Below are positions 29,316 through 38,197 of a stretch of 64,000 nucleotides of DNA, one piece after another. The stretch comes from an uncultured Alphaproteobacteria bacterium (lineage in GTDB: Bacteria > Pseudomonadota > Alphaproteobacteria > HIMB59 > GCA-002718135). The stretch is from assembly GCA_902604905.1 (NCBI GenBank), contig CACLAN010000002.1, positions 68,020 through 132,019 on the forward strand. Direction: 5' to 3'. Under the pieces are notes generated by a model that had not been told where the DNA came from, did not search any database, and saw only the letters and a program-made list of their open reading frames with translations. Positions within the stretch are counted from its first letter, which is position 1; each line of letters opens with the position of its first letter. The position numbers and the translations under genes are program-made.

Positions 29316-30695
29316 TTAATCGTTTTCAGCTGAGTCAGAGCTTCCCATAGAACCAGCAAGCTCCTCCATTGCAGCTAATTGATCATTGTTTCTTGCAGTA
29401 ATACCAAACTCATCAACCATCATTTTTTGAATTTTAAGCATATGAAGTTTAAACTCACTCCACTCCTGTGCTTGGTCTTTTATGAAATTACCACTAGAGT
29501 CAACACCTACAACCTGTGATGCATTTAAGAGAACCGGGCCAAAACCCATCATTCGGTTCATCTTAACAGCAGTTTCTCCAAGATCTCCAGGACCACACTG
29601 TAGAGCTAATGCAAAACCTTTAAGTTCACCCCAATGTTTAGCATATTTTCTAAAAGCTTCTTCAGTATCACCATTGGCATCCATGATTGTTTCAAGTGCA
29701 ACAATATCTTTGTAGGTAGATCCAGCATATTTAAAGACGGACTCAGCAATAACTTTTTGCCAGTTATCTCTAATCACATCTCTTGCAGCTAACATGTCAG
29801 TTCTTTCAGAAAAATTTAAGTTTCTTCCATCAGCATCTCTAATAACTTTTCGTCCATCAATAAATGCTTGATTAATAGTTGCAAGATAATCAGTCTTACC
29901 ACCTTTATCATAACTTGAAGCATAGTAAGCGTGTGCAAAAGTCATCTCAGAATATAGATCAACAACACCATCCCCGTTAAAGTCTGCAGATGCTAAATCT
30001 TTTTTCTTAGCAACATTATAGTTGTCCTCAGCTGAGAGAGTTAGTGCGTGAGCAGCAGATCCCCAATAACCAAATGCCTCATCCCAACTATGCTCCTTAC
30101 CAGTGTAGTAAGCCCCTTCTTTATAAGGTGCATTATTTGGTTTTTGACCAATTTCCATTTTACTACCAAGATAACTGTTTACAGCTTGATTATAAAAAAC
30201 AGCTCCCATAGCAAACTTTGATATTAATTGAGTGTAATCAAAACCAGTAGATGGATCAAAACCACCTTCAACTTGACTTGCCTTAAGCATCATATGTTCA
30301 ATAGCTTCTGGACCTGTTAGATTACCCCAACCAGGAATATATCCTTTGTACATTTTACCCGAAAGGTTTCCACTACCTATTTCTGAAACCATGGTTTGTT
30401 TAACTGGAAAACCATCAGCAGATTTAGGAGCTATTATTTCTAAACCATCTTCTCCATTGTAATAGGACATCATTTTATCTAGATCACCTGTTTTCACTAA
30501 AGCTTTTAAACTGTCATGTAAAACTTGTCTGGCCATCTGACCTGTATATTTCACTGAGTTTGTTTTATCGCCGTCATAACCTTTTAAAGTAATAGGGTAA
30601 GGTCCATAAACTTCTGGACCATGACCATCTGCAAAAGATTTAGAAAAGCTGAAAGAAAAAACTAAAGCAGTAGCAATGAGTAATATTTTTTTCAT
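29316..30695 (-). CDS. Secreted DUF4856-like protein, putative metal (iron) binding
   Basis: Signal peptide followed by DGHG; YTGQMARQ, GAVFYNQA, EHSWDEAFGYWG, DFNGDGVVD, HWGELKGF. Confidence 0.7.
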   Translation of the reverse strand: MKKILLIATALVFSFSFSKSFADGHGPEVYGPYPITLKGYDGDKTNSVKYTGQMARQVLHDSLKALVKTGDLDKMMSYYNGEDGLEIIAPKSADGFPVKQTMVSEIGSGNLSGKMYKGYIPGWGNLTGPEAIEHMMLKASQVEGGFDPSTGFDYTQLISKFAMGAVFYNQAVNSYLGSKMEIGQKPNNAPYKEGAYYTGKEHSWDEAFGYWGSAAHALTLSAEDNYNVAKKKDLASADFNGDGVVDLYSEMTFAHAYYASSYDKGGKTDYLATINQAFIDGRKVIRDADGRNLNFSERTDMLAARDVIRDNWQKVIAESVFKYAGSTYKDIVALETIMDANGDTEEAFRKYAKHWGELKGFALALQCGPGDLGETAVKMNRMMGFGPVLLNASQVVGVDSSGNFIKDQAQEWSEFKLHMLKIQKMMVDEFGITARNNDQLAAMEELAGSMGSSDSAEND

Positions 30696-30901
30696 GTATA
30701 TTTTCCTTAATTGTAAATTTTTTCTTAGTTTAAGGGTGTGGAGATGAGTTGAAACTCGTTTGGTTAAGATGCGCCCTTACCTTTAAAAAGATTAATCATC
30801 TCCACGTCCTATTACTAAGGATCTATGATGCTTTTATAATAATTTAAAAAACAGATTTTTTTATTTTATTTACCAAGTGTTTATAGGCTATATCGGATGT
30901 A

Positions 30902-30918
30902 TTTAGATTTATTCTAAT
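30902..30918. promoter_or_regulatory. Irr iron-control element (ICE)-like box 2
   Basis: TTTAGAT-TTA-TTCTAAT against consensus TTTAGAA-N3-TTCTAAA (2 mismatches), upstream of the iron-uptake genes. Confidence 0.5.
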
Positions 30919-31014
30919 TTAAAGGTTTTTAAAAATAGGTGGTTAGAAATCGTAATATTAAATGTGAGTTATAATGTTATAAAAACTAACCACCATGGAA
31001 CGGAAGTAGATTTG

Positions 31015-31044
31015 TTTATAGGTAAAAATTAATTTTTATGTCAA
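31015..31044 (-). promoter_or_regulatory. sigma70-type promoter directed toward the iron operon
   Basis: Minus strand TTGACA (31044-31039), 18 nt, TATAAA (31020-31015). Confidence 0.55.
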
Positions 31045-31084
31045 AAAAAATTATTTTGATATTATAAAATAGATATTTGAGAAT

Positions 31085-31101
31085 TTTAGAACTATTCTAA
31101 T
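31085..31101. promoter_or_regulatory. Irr iron-control element (ICE)-like box 1
   Basis: TTTAGAA-CTA-TTCTAAT, one mismatch from TTTAGAA-N3-TTCTAAA. Confidence 0.65.
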
Positions 31102-31127
31102 TAAAAGTAATAGACTTTAATTCTAGG

Positions 31128-31146
31128 TGGGGCCTCAGAGGGCCCC
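31128..31146 (-). terminator. GC-rich hairpin downstream of hsp20
   Basis: GGGGCC...GGCCCC stem about 10 nt after the stop codon. Confidence 0.55.
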
Positions 31147-31155
31147 TATCCAAGA

Positions 31156-31593
31156 CTATTTTATAGAAATAAGTCTAGCTTTCTTTTCTTCTGGTATAAT
31201 TCTCTCAAGATCAATTGTTAAAAGTCCATTAATTAATTCAGCATCCTTAACTTTGATGTCTTCTGAAATAGTGAACGATCTTTCAAACTGTCTGGTTGAG
31301 ATTCCTTTATGAATTACTCCATTACCATTATCATTAACCACTTTTTCTTTTGGTTTATTTCTAACAGTAAGATTATTTTCTTTTAATTCAATCTCAATGT
31401 CTTCTTTACTATATCCAGCAAGAGCAACTTCAATTTTATAATTGTGATCATCAACTCTATGAATATTGTAAGGTGGATAGTTTGTATTGTAACGTTCAGT
31501 GGATTCTAACATTCTATCAAATTCATCGAAAATCGAATCAAATCCAACAGAAAATGGTCTTAGAGAATTCCAAACGGATAGGTTTCTAGTCAT
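31156..31593 (-). CDS. ibpA: Small heat-shock protein, Hsp20/IbpA family
   Basis: VGFD, NYPPYNI, EVALAG, HKGISTRQFERSF, NGLLTIDL..IIPE; start reset to ATG 31593 with AAGGAG RBS. Confidence 0.9.
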   Translation of the reverse strand: MTRNLSVWNSLRPFSVGFDSIFDEFDRMLESTERYNTNYPPYNIHRVDDHNYKIEVALAGYSKEDIEIELKENNLTVRNKPKEKVVNDNGNGVIHKGISTRQFERSFTISEDIKVKDAELINGLLTIDLERIIPEEKKARLISIK

Positions 31594-31649
31594 AATAACT
31601 CCTTTATAAGCAAGTATTAATGTCGGCACCCACAATGGCATACTGACAA
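31591..31649 (-). ncRNA. ROSE-like RNA thermometer in the hsp20 5' UTR
   Basis: Leader reads ...UACUUGCU-UAUA-AAGGAGUUAUUAUG, with the UYGCU motif facing the SD, preceded by a UGUC...GACA hairpin. Confidence 0.6.
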
Positions 31650-31654
31650 TAATA

Positions 31655-31682
31655 ATGTGGGGATGATTATGATTAATTCAAG
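31655..31682 (-). promoter_or_regulatory. RpoH (sigma32) promoter of hsp20
   Basis: CTTGAA, 14 nt, CCCCACAT on the minus strand. Confidence 0.75.
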
Positions 31683-31689
31683 TATGTAA

Positions 31690-32346
31690 TTATTTTTTTC
31701 TTATAAAGGATAAGCCATCTGATAACGGTAAAAGAGAAAAGTCTACACGAGTATCATTTTGGATTTTTGTATTTAACTCTCTTATGGTATTTGTTTGAGA
31801 ATCGTTTTTTTTCTCATCAGCAACATCACCATGCCAAAGCATGTTATCTATAATTATAATGCCGTTTGATGGAACAAGGCTTAAAGATAATTCATAATAA
31901 TTAGGATAATTATTTTTGTCAGCATCTATGAAGATGAAATCATAAGAATGTTGACGGTCTATCATACTTTGCATTATTTCAACCCCATCACCGATAATAG
32001 ATTCGATTTTTGAACTCATATTATCTAGATCCCAATATTTTTTAGCTAATGATAGAAATTCGTCTGAATTATCAATTGTTGTGATTTTTCCTTCTGCTGA
32101 CAAACCTCTTGCAATAAATAAAGTGCTCATGCCAGTAAATCTTCCAACTTCTAGACAAGATTTTGCTTTCGATAATTTTGTGATTATTTCTAAAAACTGA
32201 CCTTGTTCTTTTGCAATTTGCATTTGAGATACACCCCCAAGCTTAGATGTTTCATCTGCCAGATCGTCAATTATTTTATCTTTTCTATAACCTACGTTTT
32301 GTAGATATTTTACTAAGCTTTCATCTATTTTAGTTTGTGTACTCAT
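31690..32346 (-). CDS. SAM-dependent O-methyltransferase (caffeoyl-CoA OMT/COMT-like)
   Basis: MQIAKEQGQFL, LEVGRFTG, FIDADK, DNMLWHG. Confidence 0.88.
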   Translation of the reverse strand: MSTQTKIDESLVKYLQNVGYRKDKIIDDLADETSKLGGVSQMQIAKEQGQFLEIITKLSKAKSCLEVGRFTGMSTLFIARGLSAEGKITTIDNSDEFLSLAKKYWDLDNMSSKIESIIGDGVEIMQSMIDRQHSYDFIFIDADKNNYPNYYELSLSLVPSNGIIIIDNMLWHGDVADEKKNDSQTNTIRELNTKIQNDTRVDFSLLPLSDGLSFIRKK

Positions 32347-33659
32347 TAATTAATGTACTCATAAACTTGTGGTAATTTTTTTATTTCTTTATCTGAAATT
32401 GTAAAACAATCTTTTATTCTTTCTTCCAATTCTTTTGAATCATCTTCTAGGTTTGAGTGTAATTGCAATAATGGTTTCGTGCTATCAATTTTTTCACCAA
32501 CAGAAATAACACTATCATATCCTACACCATAATTTATTTTATCAGAAACTTGTTTACGTCCTCCGCCAAGCTCTATTAAAATTAAACCTAATTCTCTTGT
32601 ATGAATTTTTTCGATCCAACCTTCTTTATCAGAAAAAATATCTCTAACTGTTGACTCATTATGTAAATCTGTTTCGTAAGTTGATAAAATATTTTTTGGT
32701 CCTCCCAAAGCTGAAGTCATCTTTTCAAATTTTTCTGCTGCTTCTCCATTTGAAAGAACCTCTTCAATTTTTTTAAGAGCATCTTCTTTAGAGATTTTAT
32801 GGACCATCATTAAAAGTGAAGAGATTAATTCATTCGTGATTTTTTCTAAGCGATTATCTTTAATTTCATTTTTTAAATATTTTATACACTCTAACATTTC
32901 TAAAGTATGACCTGCGCTTTTTCCTAAGACTTGATTCATATCTGTAATTATAGCTTCGCATTTAAGCCCGGCTCCCTTTGCAACACTAACTAAAGATTGT
33001 GATAATTCTCTTGATATCTCTATAGTGCTATTAAAAGATCCGTTCCCAACTTTTACATCGAGAATAAGTGACTTAAGCCCAGAGGCAATTTTCTTAGATA
33101 AAATGGAGGAGGTAATTAATGGTAATGATTCCACTGTTCCAACTATATCTCTTATGGAATAAAGTTTTTTATCAGCAGGTGCTAAGTTTGATGTTTGACC
33201 AATTATGGCACAACCAACTTCTTTAACTACTTTCTTAAACATATCTAAATTAGGTTGTGTGTTATATCCTGGGATTGAATCGAATTTATCTAATGTTCCG
33301 CCTGTATGACCTAGTCCTCTTCCAGAAATCATAGGAACATATAAACCGCATGCAGCTAATATTGGTGCTAATACAATGCTAGTTTTGTCACCAACTCCAC
33401 CAGTTGAATGTTTATCACAAACAAGTTCACTATCAACCGTGTCTGACCAATTTATTGTATCACCTGAGTTTGTCATTGCTTCGGTTAAATAAACTGTCTC
33501 TTCTGGAATCATGCCATTAGAAAATATGGCCATACTCATTGCAGCAATTTGAGGGTCAGAAAAAGATCCGTCTGTTAAACCTTTTACAAATTCATTAATT
33601 TCTTCTTTTGATAGAGATTTTTTATCTCTTTTTTTTCTAATTATTTCTTGAGGAATCAT
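32346..33659 (-). CDS. deoA: Thymidine/pyrimidine-nucleoside phosphorylase
   Basis: IRKKRD, DKHSTGGVGDK, SGRGLGHTGGTLDK, SILSKK, LDVKVG, LGGGR. Confidence 0.92.
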   Translation of the reverse strand: MIPQEIIRKKRDKKSLSKEEINEFVKGLTDGSFSDPQIAAMSMAIFSNGMIPEETVYLTEAMTNSGDTINWSDTVDSELVCDKHSTGGVGDKTSIVLAPILAACGLYVPMISGRGLGHTGGTLDKFDSIPGYNTQPNLDMFKKVVKEVGCAIIGQTSNLAPADKKLYSIRDIVGTVESLPLITSSILSKKIASGLKSLILDVKVGNGSFNSTIEISRELSQSLVSVAKGAGLKCEAIITDMNQVLGKSAGHTLEMLECIKYLKNEIKDNRLEKITNELISSLLMMVHKISKEDALKKIEEVLSNGEAAEKFEKMTSALGGPKNILSTYETDLHNESTVRDIFSDKEGWIEKIHTRELGLILIELGGGRKQVSDKINYGVGYDSVISVGEKIDSTKPLLQLHSNLEDDSKELEERIKDCFTISDKEIKKLPQVYEYIN

Positions 33660-34467
33660 CGAATTGAACTTCGCGTATAAACTGTTTAATTAAATTTAAC
33701 ACATTGTTCTCTGCTAAGCTTGCGTTTTCTAAAGTTTCTTGATGGCTTAGTTTTGTTTTATTCATTCCTGCAGCTAAGTTTGTAATTACACTTATTCCAA
33801 TCACAGGTAAGCTACAATGATTTGCAACTAATACTTCTGGCACTGTTGACATTCCAACCGCATTTCCACCAATTACTTTTAAGGCATTGATTTCAGCTGG
33901 TGTTTCAAAGTTAGGGCCTGAATACATGCAATAAATTCCTTCATATAATTTTTGATTCGTTTTTTTAGCTATATCAATTAATTGTTCTCTATAAAATTTA
34001 TGGTATCCATCACTCATATCATGAAAGCGTGGGCCGTAACTTTCTGCATTGGCACCAATAAGTGGATTAAAGCCACTCCAATTGATATGATCCTTAATTG
34101 CCATTAAACTGCCTGCTGGCATATTCTCATCAAGACTTCCAGCAGCATTAGTTACAATTAAAAGTTTAGATCCAATATCTTTTAAAACACGTATTGGGGC
34201 TGCTAAACTTTGTGGATTATGTCCTTCATAAATATGTGATCTACCATACATGCAAACGACATTTAAATTATTAATTTTTCCTAAGACTAACTTTCCAGCG
34301 TGTCCTTTTACAGTTGGTTGAGGAAAATCTTCTAATTCCTCATATGATACTGATTCTATAATATCTTGATCATCAAAAAAATTTGTTAACCCACTTCCTA
34401 AAATTACAGCTACGTCGGGCGAATTATTATTTGTTATTTCTAAAAATTTTTTAGATGATGGGAGCAT
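33637..34467 (-). CDS. punA: Purine-nucleoside phosphorylase, trimeric PunA/XapA type
   Basis: ILGSGL, GHAGKL, GRSHIYEG, TNAAG, GPNFETPAE, VGMSTVPE, TNLAAG. Confidence 0.9.
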   Translation of the reverse strand: MLPSSKKFLEITNNNSPDVAVILGSGLTNFFDDQDIIESVSYEELEDFPQPTVKGHAGKLVLGKINNLNVVCMYGRSHIYEGHNPQSLAAPIRVLKDIGSKLLIVTNAAGSLDENMPAGSLMAIKDHINWSGFNPLIGANAESYGPRFHDMSDGYHKFYREQLIDIAKKTNQKLYEGIYCMYSGPNFETPAEINALKVIGGNAVGMSTVPEVLVANHCSLPVIGISVITNLAAGMNKTKLSHQETLENASLAENNVLNLIKQFIREVQFDDSSRNN

Positions 34468-34883
34468 TAAAGATTTTCTGGACCAAAAGAATCTGGAAGT
34501 AATTCTTCAAGAGTTGAAGTTTTCATATGCCCTTTTTCATTACACATATGGATTTTAGTATCTAATGACGCAAATTCTCTTAATCGCTGTCTACATCCTC
34601 CACAAGGTGAACATAATAAATCTCCGGAACCAATAACCACGACTTCTAAAATTTTTTTACTTCCATGTGAAATCATATTGCCAATTGCAGTTGCTTCGGC
34701 GCACTGTGATTGAGGGTATGCCGCATTTTCTACATTACACCCTGAAATAATTTGGTTATCTTCAGTAAGAAAAGCTGCGCCTACTTTAAAATGTGAATAA
34801 GGAACATGAGCTTGTTCTCTAACTTTTTTTGCAGCCTCAAATAAGCTATCAAAATTTTCTGAAACCATATTCTTTTTTAACAT
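34467..34883 (-). CDS. cdd: Cytidine deaminase, homotetrameric type
   Basis: PYSHFKVGAA, GCNVENAAY, CAE, PCGGCRQ. Confidence 0.93.
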   Translation of the reverse strand: MLKKNMVSENFDSLFEAAKKVREQAHVPYSHFKVGAAFLTEDNQIISGCNVENAAYPQSQCAEATAIGNMISHGSKKILEVVVIGSGDLLCSPCGGCRQRLREFASLDTKIHMCNEKGHMKTSTLEELLPDSFGPENL

Positions 34884-34909
34884 GAAATTACTAAAAAAAT
34901 TATTTATTT

Positions 34910-36061
34910 CTAAATCTTAAACAATTCTTGAGACAAATCAGGAAGTTCATCTCCCCAAAAAACTTCTTTGCGCAAAAATTCTGGATCTTGGTTAAAACAA
35001 ACAGACATTGCTGAATTATAAACGGCTCTTGAGTCAATTGTGGAGTTTAGATCTCTTCCTTCAAATAATTCTTTCTTTTTCAATCCAGGCCAATCTGTAT
35101 AAACTTGGGATTTTTTTAGTAAGCCGCCAGCCATTAGTATTGCGCTTCCGTATCCATGTTCAGTACCATAGCCTCCATTTTGTTTTATAGTTCGGCCAAA
35201 TTCTGTCAAAGTTAAAATTAGAGTATTATCAAACGCTTGGCCAAGATTTTCATGCAAAATTGTAACAATTTTATTTACCTCTTCAAGTTCATCGGCATGA
35301 GCTCCATCAACACCTCCTTGAGCAGCATGGGTATCAAAACCATCTAAATCAAACACAGCAACTCGAGGACCACTTTGATCTTTTAATTGTTTAGCAGCTT
35401 CAAGAGCAAGTTTTCTTCTATCGTCAGAGTCAGTAGCTATTTGCATGGACAATGGTCTTTGTCTAATTGTATCAAGTGTCGATTTAATTAGCTCATTATG
35501 CTCACCTTTAAATTCATTATAAATTTGATCTATTAAATTCGTTTCAACAAAATCTGGTGATGGAAAAAAATTATTATTTTGTGGCACACCTCTTAATAAA
35601 AGTGGCATTGGTAATGATATAGCCAAACCTTTTCCTATAATATTCGAAGCTAATAATCCCCTTCCAAGCCATCCTGTTTTTTCTTTGTATGGAATGTGAG
35701 CTCCGGTTTCCATTAAATTTTGACCATCAAAATGAGATCTACCTGTGTAAGGAATATTTGTTGCATGAACAAATGCCGCTTGATTAGTTTGCCAGAGCTT
35801 ATGAAAAATTTCTAATTTAGGATGAAGACCAAAATCACTATTTAAATTAAGAACGTCTTCCAAAATAAGTTTTCTTCTTAATTTTTTTAGACGTTTATCT
35901 CCAATTACAGGAACAGCTGTTAAACCGTCCATCCCTCCGCGAAGTGATATAATAATTAAATTTTTTTTCTGCATTGAAGCAAAACTAATTTTTGGAAAAT
36001 ATCCTGAAAGAAATAGTGTTGTTGATCCTCCAATTAAAAAATTTCTTCTTGTGCAGTTCAT
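34910..36061 (-). CDS. DUF1501-family Tat-exported protein
   Basis: TRRNFL Tat motif; LRGGMDGL, RSHFDGQ, GWLGR, GFDTH, TEFGRT..NG..GTEHG. Confidence 0.85.
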   Translation of the reverse strand: MNCTRRNFLIGGSTTLFLSGYFPKISFASMQKKNLIIISLRGGMDGLTAVPVIGDKRLKKLRRKLILEDVLNLNSDFGLHPKLEIFHKLWQTNQAAFVHATNIPYTGRSHFDGQNLMETGAHIPYKEKTGWLGRGLLASNIIGKGLAISLPMPLLLRGVPQNNNFFPSPDFVETNLIDQIYNEFKGEHNELIKSTLDTIRQRPLSMQIATDSDDRRKLALEAAKQLKDQSGPRVAVFDLDGFDTHAAQGGVDGAHADELEEVNKIVTILHENLGQAFDNTLILTLTEFGRTIKQNGGYGTEHGYGSAILMAGGLLKKSQVYTDWPGLKKKELFEGRDLNSTIDSRAVYNSAMSVCFNQDPEFLRKEVFWGDELPDLSQELFKI

Positions 36062-37494
36062 GCTTTCAATACTCCAGGTAAATTACAAATGACTCCATAC
36101 TTTTGACCTAAATCATAATCCAAAGTGCCAAACCTAAAATTTTCAATAAGTGATGCCATATTTTCATGATCTTCAAAATTATTTTTAAGACAAGCTAAAA
36201 TAAAATCATGGGATCTGTTTCCAGATTTAACATGTATTGGAAGCTCAACGGAAGAGAACCAAAAGCGACGTAATAATAATTCTGGTGATACCCAATCTGC
36301 CTCAAAATCACTCCAACCATTTGGTTGTTTTGCACGATAAGGTGAATGACCAATTTCTCTAAGTATCCATGATAGTTGTCTTTGTCTTCTATTTGGCTTT
36401 GAACTGAAAGAATAATTCATTTTTTCAGAAGAAAGAGGAATATTTAAATCAAACATTCTAGATAATTGCATCAACCATATTTCTGGTGGATGAAATTTAT
36501 GTGTATTCTCATTATGTTTGTAAGCTTGCGTAATAACTGCTTTGTGAATTTCAATTAGACTTCCATTGGATTTGTTCCATGCTTCTATTACTGGGTTAAT
36601 CATATCTTCAGTTGGTTCATCTGTAATAAAATGCCTACATAATTTTGTTGAAACAAATTTGATACAGATTGGGTGTGTTGCCAAATCATGAATTACTTTT
36701 GCAAGTTCTCTTTTTGCATCATTTTTATATTTAACTCCTAAAACTATTTTGTCTCCTTTTTGATGCATTTCTTGATCAAACCATATGTCTCCTGTCTCTA
36801 AATTTTTTCTATCCCATTTGTGTGCCCAACCTGTCATAATATAGGCTAACTGAATAACATCATCCTGAGTGTATCCAGCATTTGGTGAAACAGTATGTAA
36901 TTCTAGTAGTTCTCTTGCATGATTTTCGTTTATAGTTTCTCGCCACTCCATTCCTTTTTTAGAATTGGGACCAAAAGATTCTGAGTTATCGAGATGGTGA
37001 ATCATGCACCATGAAGTAGTAACCGACTGCACCATCTCTTCAAAAGTTTTAACCATAGTAGGTCTAATAATTTCGCGTTGATAAGGCCCAGTGCTAAACT
37101 CTGCCAAAAAATCTTTTTCACTTATTGCAAAGTGATTTCCCCAAAAAAGCCAAAAACGCTCAAAAACAGGCTGTTTGGAATACTTAGTTTGATAATGACG
37201 AATAGCATGTTCATTTAATTCAAAATACCTTTCACCAGTTTTTATTCTTAATTCATCTTTTGCTTTTCTATAGGCATGTTTGTCATTTTTAAATTTTTTT
37301 CTTAAGACTTCTCTGTCTCCGTATACCCACTCTCCATATTTTTTTCTTAATTCTTTTTCTGTTGGAATTATTCCAGGCCATAAGAGATTAGGTATAGTAT
37401 TTAGTTGATTTAATGCCCAATTAAGAGGATCTTTATCTGGTTTATCATTTGGTGATAAACCAAACGCTACTCGTCTATAAAATTTTAATGACAT
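36058..37494 (-). CDS. DUF1800-family protein
   Basis: FWGNHFAIS, HLDN, NENHARELLELHT, YTQDDV..LA..MTGW, KLCRHF, PNGW; overlaps the DUF1501 gene. Confidence 0.85.
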   Translation of the reverse strand: MSLKFYRRVAFGLSPNDKPDKDPLNWALNQLNTIPNLLWPGIIPTEKELRKKYGEWVYGDREVLRKKFKNDKHAYRKAKDELRIKTGERYFELNEHAIRHYQTKYSKQPVFERFWLFWGNHFAISEKDFLAEFSTGPYQREIIRPTMVKTFEEMVQSVTTSWCMIHHLDNSESFGPNSKKGMEWRETINENHARELLELHTVSPNAGYTQDDVIQLAYIMTGWAHKWDRKNLETGDIWFDQEMHQKGDKIVLGVKYKNDAKRELAKVIHDLATHPICIKFVSTKLCRHFITDEPTEDMINPVIEAWNKSNGSLIEIHKAVITQAYKHNENTHKFHPPEIWLMQLSRMFDLNIPLSSEKMNYSFSSKPNRRQRQLSWILREIGHSPYRAKQPNGWSDFEADWVSPELLLRRFWFSSVELPIHVKSGNRSHDFILACLKNNFEDHENMASLIENFRFGTLDYDLGQKYGVICNLPGVLKA

Positions 37495-37546
37495 ATTTAA
37501 AAAAAAATAGTTTACATATATTTATAATATTTAAAAATAGAATTTA

Positions 37547-38197
37547 ATGAAAAAAATACCCCTAAAGATTTGTGGCATAACAAATGTAAAATCAGTTGAA
37601 GTTGCATATAAAAATAAAATAAAATCATTAGGTTTTGCAAGCAAAAGTTTAAATGGACCAAACACAGCTAGTGATAAAAAAATTCAATCATTAATTAAAG
37701 AGTGTAAAAATTATAAAATAGAATCAGTTCTTTTGACCCGATATGTATCATTAGATAAAATAATTGAACAAATAGATTTCACAAAACCAAAGACAATTTC
37801 ATGTTCGTATCATTTTTCAAAAAAGGATTTATTAAGAATAAAAAATATATTTAAAAGATTAAAAATTGGGGTTGCTATTAATCCTGAAAATTTTAATAAA
37901 AATTATATTGAGTCAATTAAAAAAATTGTTGATGTGGTTTATTTTGATATGAATGTATATAGAAAAAAAAGCATTAAAAAATACTCATTGAAGAAAAGTA
38001 TTAAACAAATAGAATTTATTAAAAATAAAAATATTCCTGTTTATATTGGTGGCGGTATAGATAAGAAAAATGTTTCGAATATTCTTAAACAAACTTCACC
38101 TTTTGGTTTAGATATTTCAAGAGGTTTAAAAAATAACCGTAATTTAATATCTCAAGAAAAGCTTAAAGATTTGTTAAATCAAATTTCTATAGGATAA
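37547..38197 (+). CDS. Phosphoribosylanthranilate isomerase (TrpF)-like TIM-barrel protein, divergent
   Basis: LKICGIT, IGGGID..NV, PFGLDISRGL. Confidence 0.65.
   Translation: MKKIPLKICGITNVKSVEVAYKNKIKSLGFASKSLNGPNTASDKKIQSLIKECKNYKIESVLLTRYVSLDKIIEQIDFTKPKTISCSYHFSKKDLLRIKNIFKRLKIGVAINPENFNKNYIESIKKIVDVVYFDMNVYRKKSIKKYSLKKSIKQIEFIKNKNIPVYIGGGIDKKNVSNILKQTSPFGLDISRGLKNNRNLISQEKLKDLLNQISIG

Noticed and set aside
31594-31641. Upstream ATG extension of hsp20
   Set aside because: Lies within the ROSE-like leader; the SD sits before ATG 31593
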